Assembly: GCF_004010195.1 (NCBI RefSeq) | Contig: NC_057718.1 | Coordinates: 99,311,470 to 99,375,469, forward strand | Source of the DNA: Chiloscyllium plagiosum | Taxonomy: Eukaryota | Direction of reading: 5' to 3' | DNA length: 64,000 nucleotides | Part shown: one piece after another, positions 62,564-64,000 of the stretch | How positions within the stretch are numbered: position 1 is the stretch's first letter | Layout: each line of letters opens with the position of its first letter | Program-made: the position numbers and the translations under genes | Notes under the pieces: generated by a model | Databases searched by the model: none | What the model was told of the DNA's origin: nothing | What the model saw: only the letters and a program-made list of their open reading frames with translations

Positions 62564-63069
62564 TTATGCGTTCAGTAATCTGGAGGTCCAGGCTGATACT
62601 TTGAGGACATGAGTTTGACTCACACAGTGGCAGCTGATGAAATGTAATGGGGACCATAAAGCAAGCATAAGAAGTAAGAGGAGGCCATTCAGCCCCTCAA
62701 GCCTTCTCTGCCCCAGGCCTGAACTCCCCTTTTGTGCCAGCTCCTCACGGTCCTCAACTCCTCAATATTTCAGAATAGGACAATTACATAAGAAATCGGA
62801 CATCAAATGTTGTAAAAACGCATCAGTTTCACAAGTGCCCCTAAGGAAGGAAGTCTCCTATCCTACATGTGACTCCAGACCCACAGCTATATGGTTGACT
62901 CTTAACTGTCCTCTGAAATGGCCCAACACGTAATTAAATTCAAGGGAAAATCAAAGATGGGCAACATTGCATTAACGAATATATTTTCTTAAAACTAACA
63001 AGATGTTATGAACTGACAATGTGTCAAGGGAAGTTATTGGATGCTTCCTGTCTTTGTCAGGTCTTTGAA

Positions 63070-63480
63070 AGATTAACTAATTAGTCCCAACACCCCCAAC
63101 TCTATCCCCATAACCCTGAAAATATTTGAAGTATTTATCCAATTCTCTGGTGGAAGTGATGATAGAAAATGCATCTCGTGTCCTTTCAGGCAGCAAATTC
63201 CCGACCACAACAACTTGCTGCGTAAAGTTATTTTGCTTAAATATTTTAAGTCTGGGCTTCCTCTGACTCTTCTGCGAGTGGAACAATTTTCTATCAAAAC
63301 CCTTTAGGATCTTGAACACTTTAATCAAATCTCTCCTTATCATCCCCAGCTGGCAGGCAAACAACCTACATAACTGAAGATACGTTCTGGGTATCATCCC
63401 ACTCTCTCTCCTCTGTATTCTCTGTAAAGGCTTAATGACCTTCCTAAAGTGTGGTGCTTGGAATCGTTCAGCCTAATCTT
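63070..63480 (-). mobile_element. Old CR1 3' fragment
   Basis: RRDLIKVFKILKGFDR..FTQQVVVVGNLLP. Confidence 0.7.
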
Positions 63481-63813
63481 AATATGTGTTCCATTATGAG
63501 AGTTAGGGAACCCGTGATTTGAAATTCCTCTGTTGCTCTCTCCTGTGTACTCGAGTGTTCATATATCCCTGCACTCCGCCAATCCGGAACTCTTTAACAA
63601 CTCCTGTTATTATCTCTTTACCATTGGATTCTGTGACTTCAGTTGCCTGTGGAATCTCTGTCCTGAAGTTCTCAATCTCTCTTTCCCGATTCCCTCCTTT
63701 GGAGTGCTCCTTATAATGTAGCAACACAGGAGCATAGGATCTGGGAGCAGATATGGGCCATTTGGCCCTTCCACGTGCTCCCCCATTCAACAAAGTCATG
63801 GCTGGTCTGGTTA

Positions 63814-64000
63814 GGGTGGCATGGTGGCTCAGTGGTTCACACTACTGCCTCACAGCAGCAGGGACCACGGTTCGACTTCAGCCTCGGGCAACTGTCTGTG
63901 TGGAGTTTGCACATTCCTCCCACAATCCAAAGATGCGCAGTTTGGGTGAATTGGTTATGCTAAATTGCCCTATAGTGTTCAGGGATGTGTATGCTGGATG
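63814..64000 (+). mobile_element. HE1-like SINE (runs off window)
   Basis: ggtggctcagtgg head and V-core. Confidence 0.9.

Overview
Vertebrate-type, repeat-saturated genomic DNA, most likely from a cartilaginous fish (shark). This is inferred from abundant tRNA-derived HE1/V-SINE-like elements and their partner CR1 (HER1-like) LINE. I found no intact host gene. The recognisable ORFs are decayed reverse-transcriptase fragments, and most others are SINE or tandem-repeat read-throughs. Contents: about 18 5'-truncated CR1 LINE pieces, a second CR1/L2-group LINE with a partner SINE, four Rex1/Babar-type LINE ends, about 19 HE1-like SINEs, other SINEs, a solo LTR, microsatellites, a 33-bp and a 69-bp tandem array, and two N gaps. 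The most notable structure is a set of about 20 short Penelope-like-element (PLE) ends from four sequence families. They carry a minimal type-I hammerhead ribozyme motif (CUGAnGA-A-stemII-GAAA-palindrome-UH), intact or decayed, with covarying stems between families. Most start right at the ribozyme 5' edge, many occur as inverted pairs, and many have 6-15 bp target-site duplications. One family is linked to a GIY-YIG endonuclease C-terminal remnant. Also notable: a ~46x amplification of an 11-codon C-terminal segment of a Rex RT, a ~200-bp inverted templated insertion, and a duplicated exon-like unit. Repeat boundaries were read by eye (about +/-10-20 bp unless junctions are quoted).
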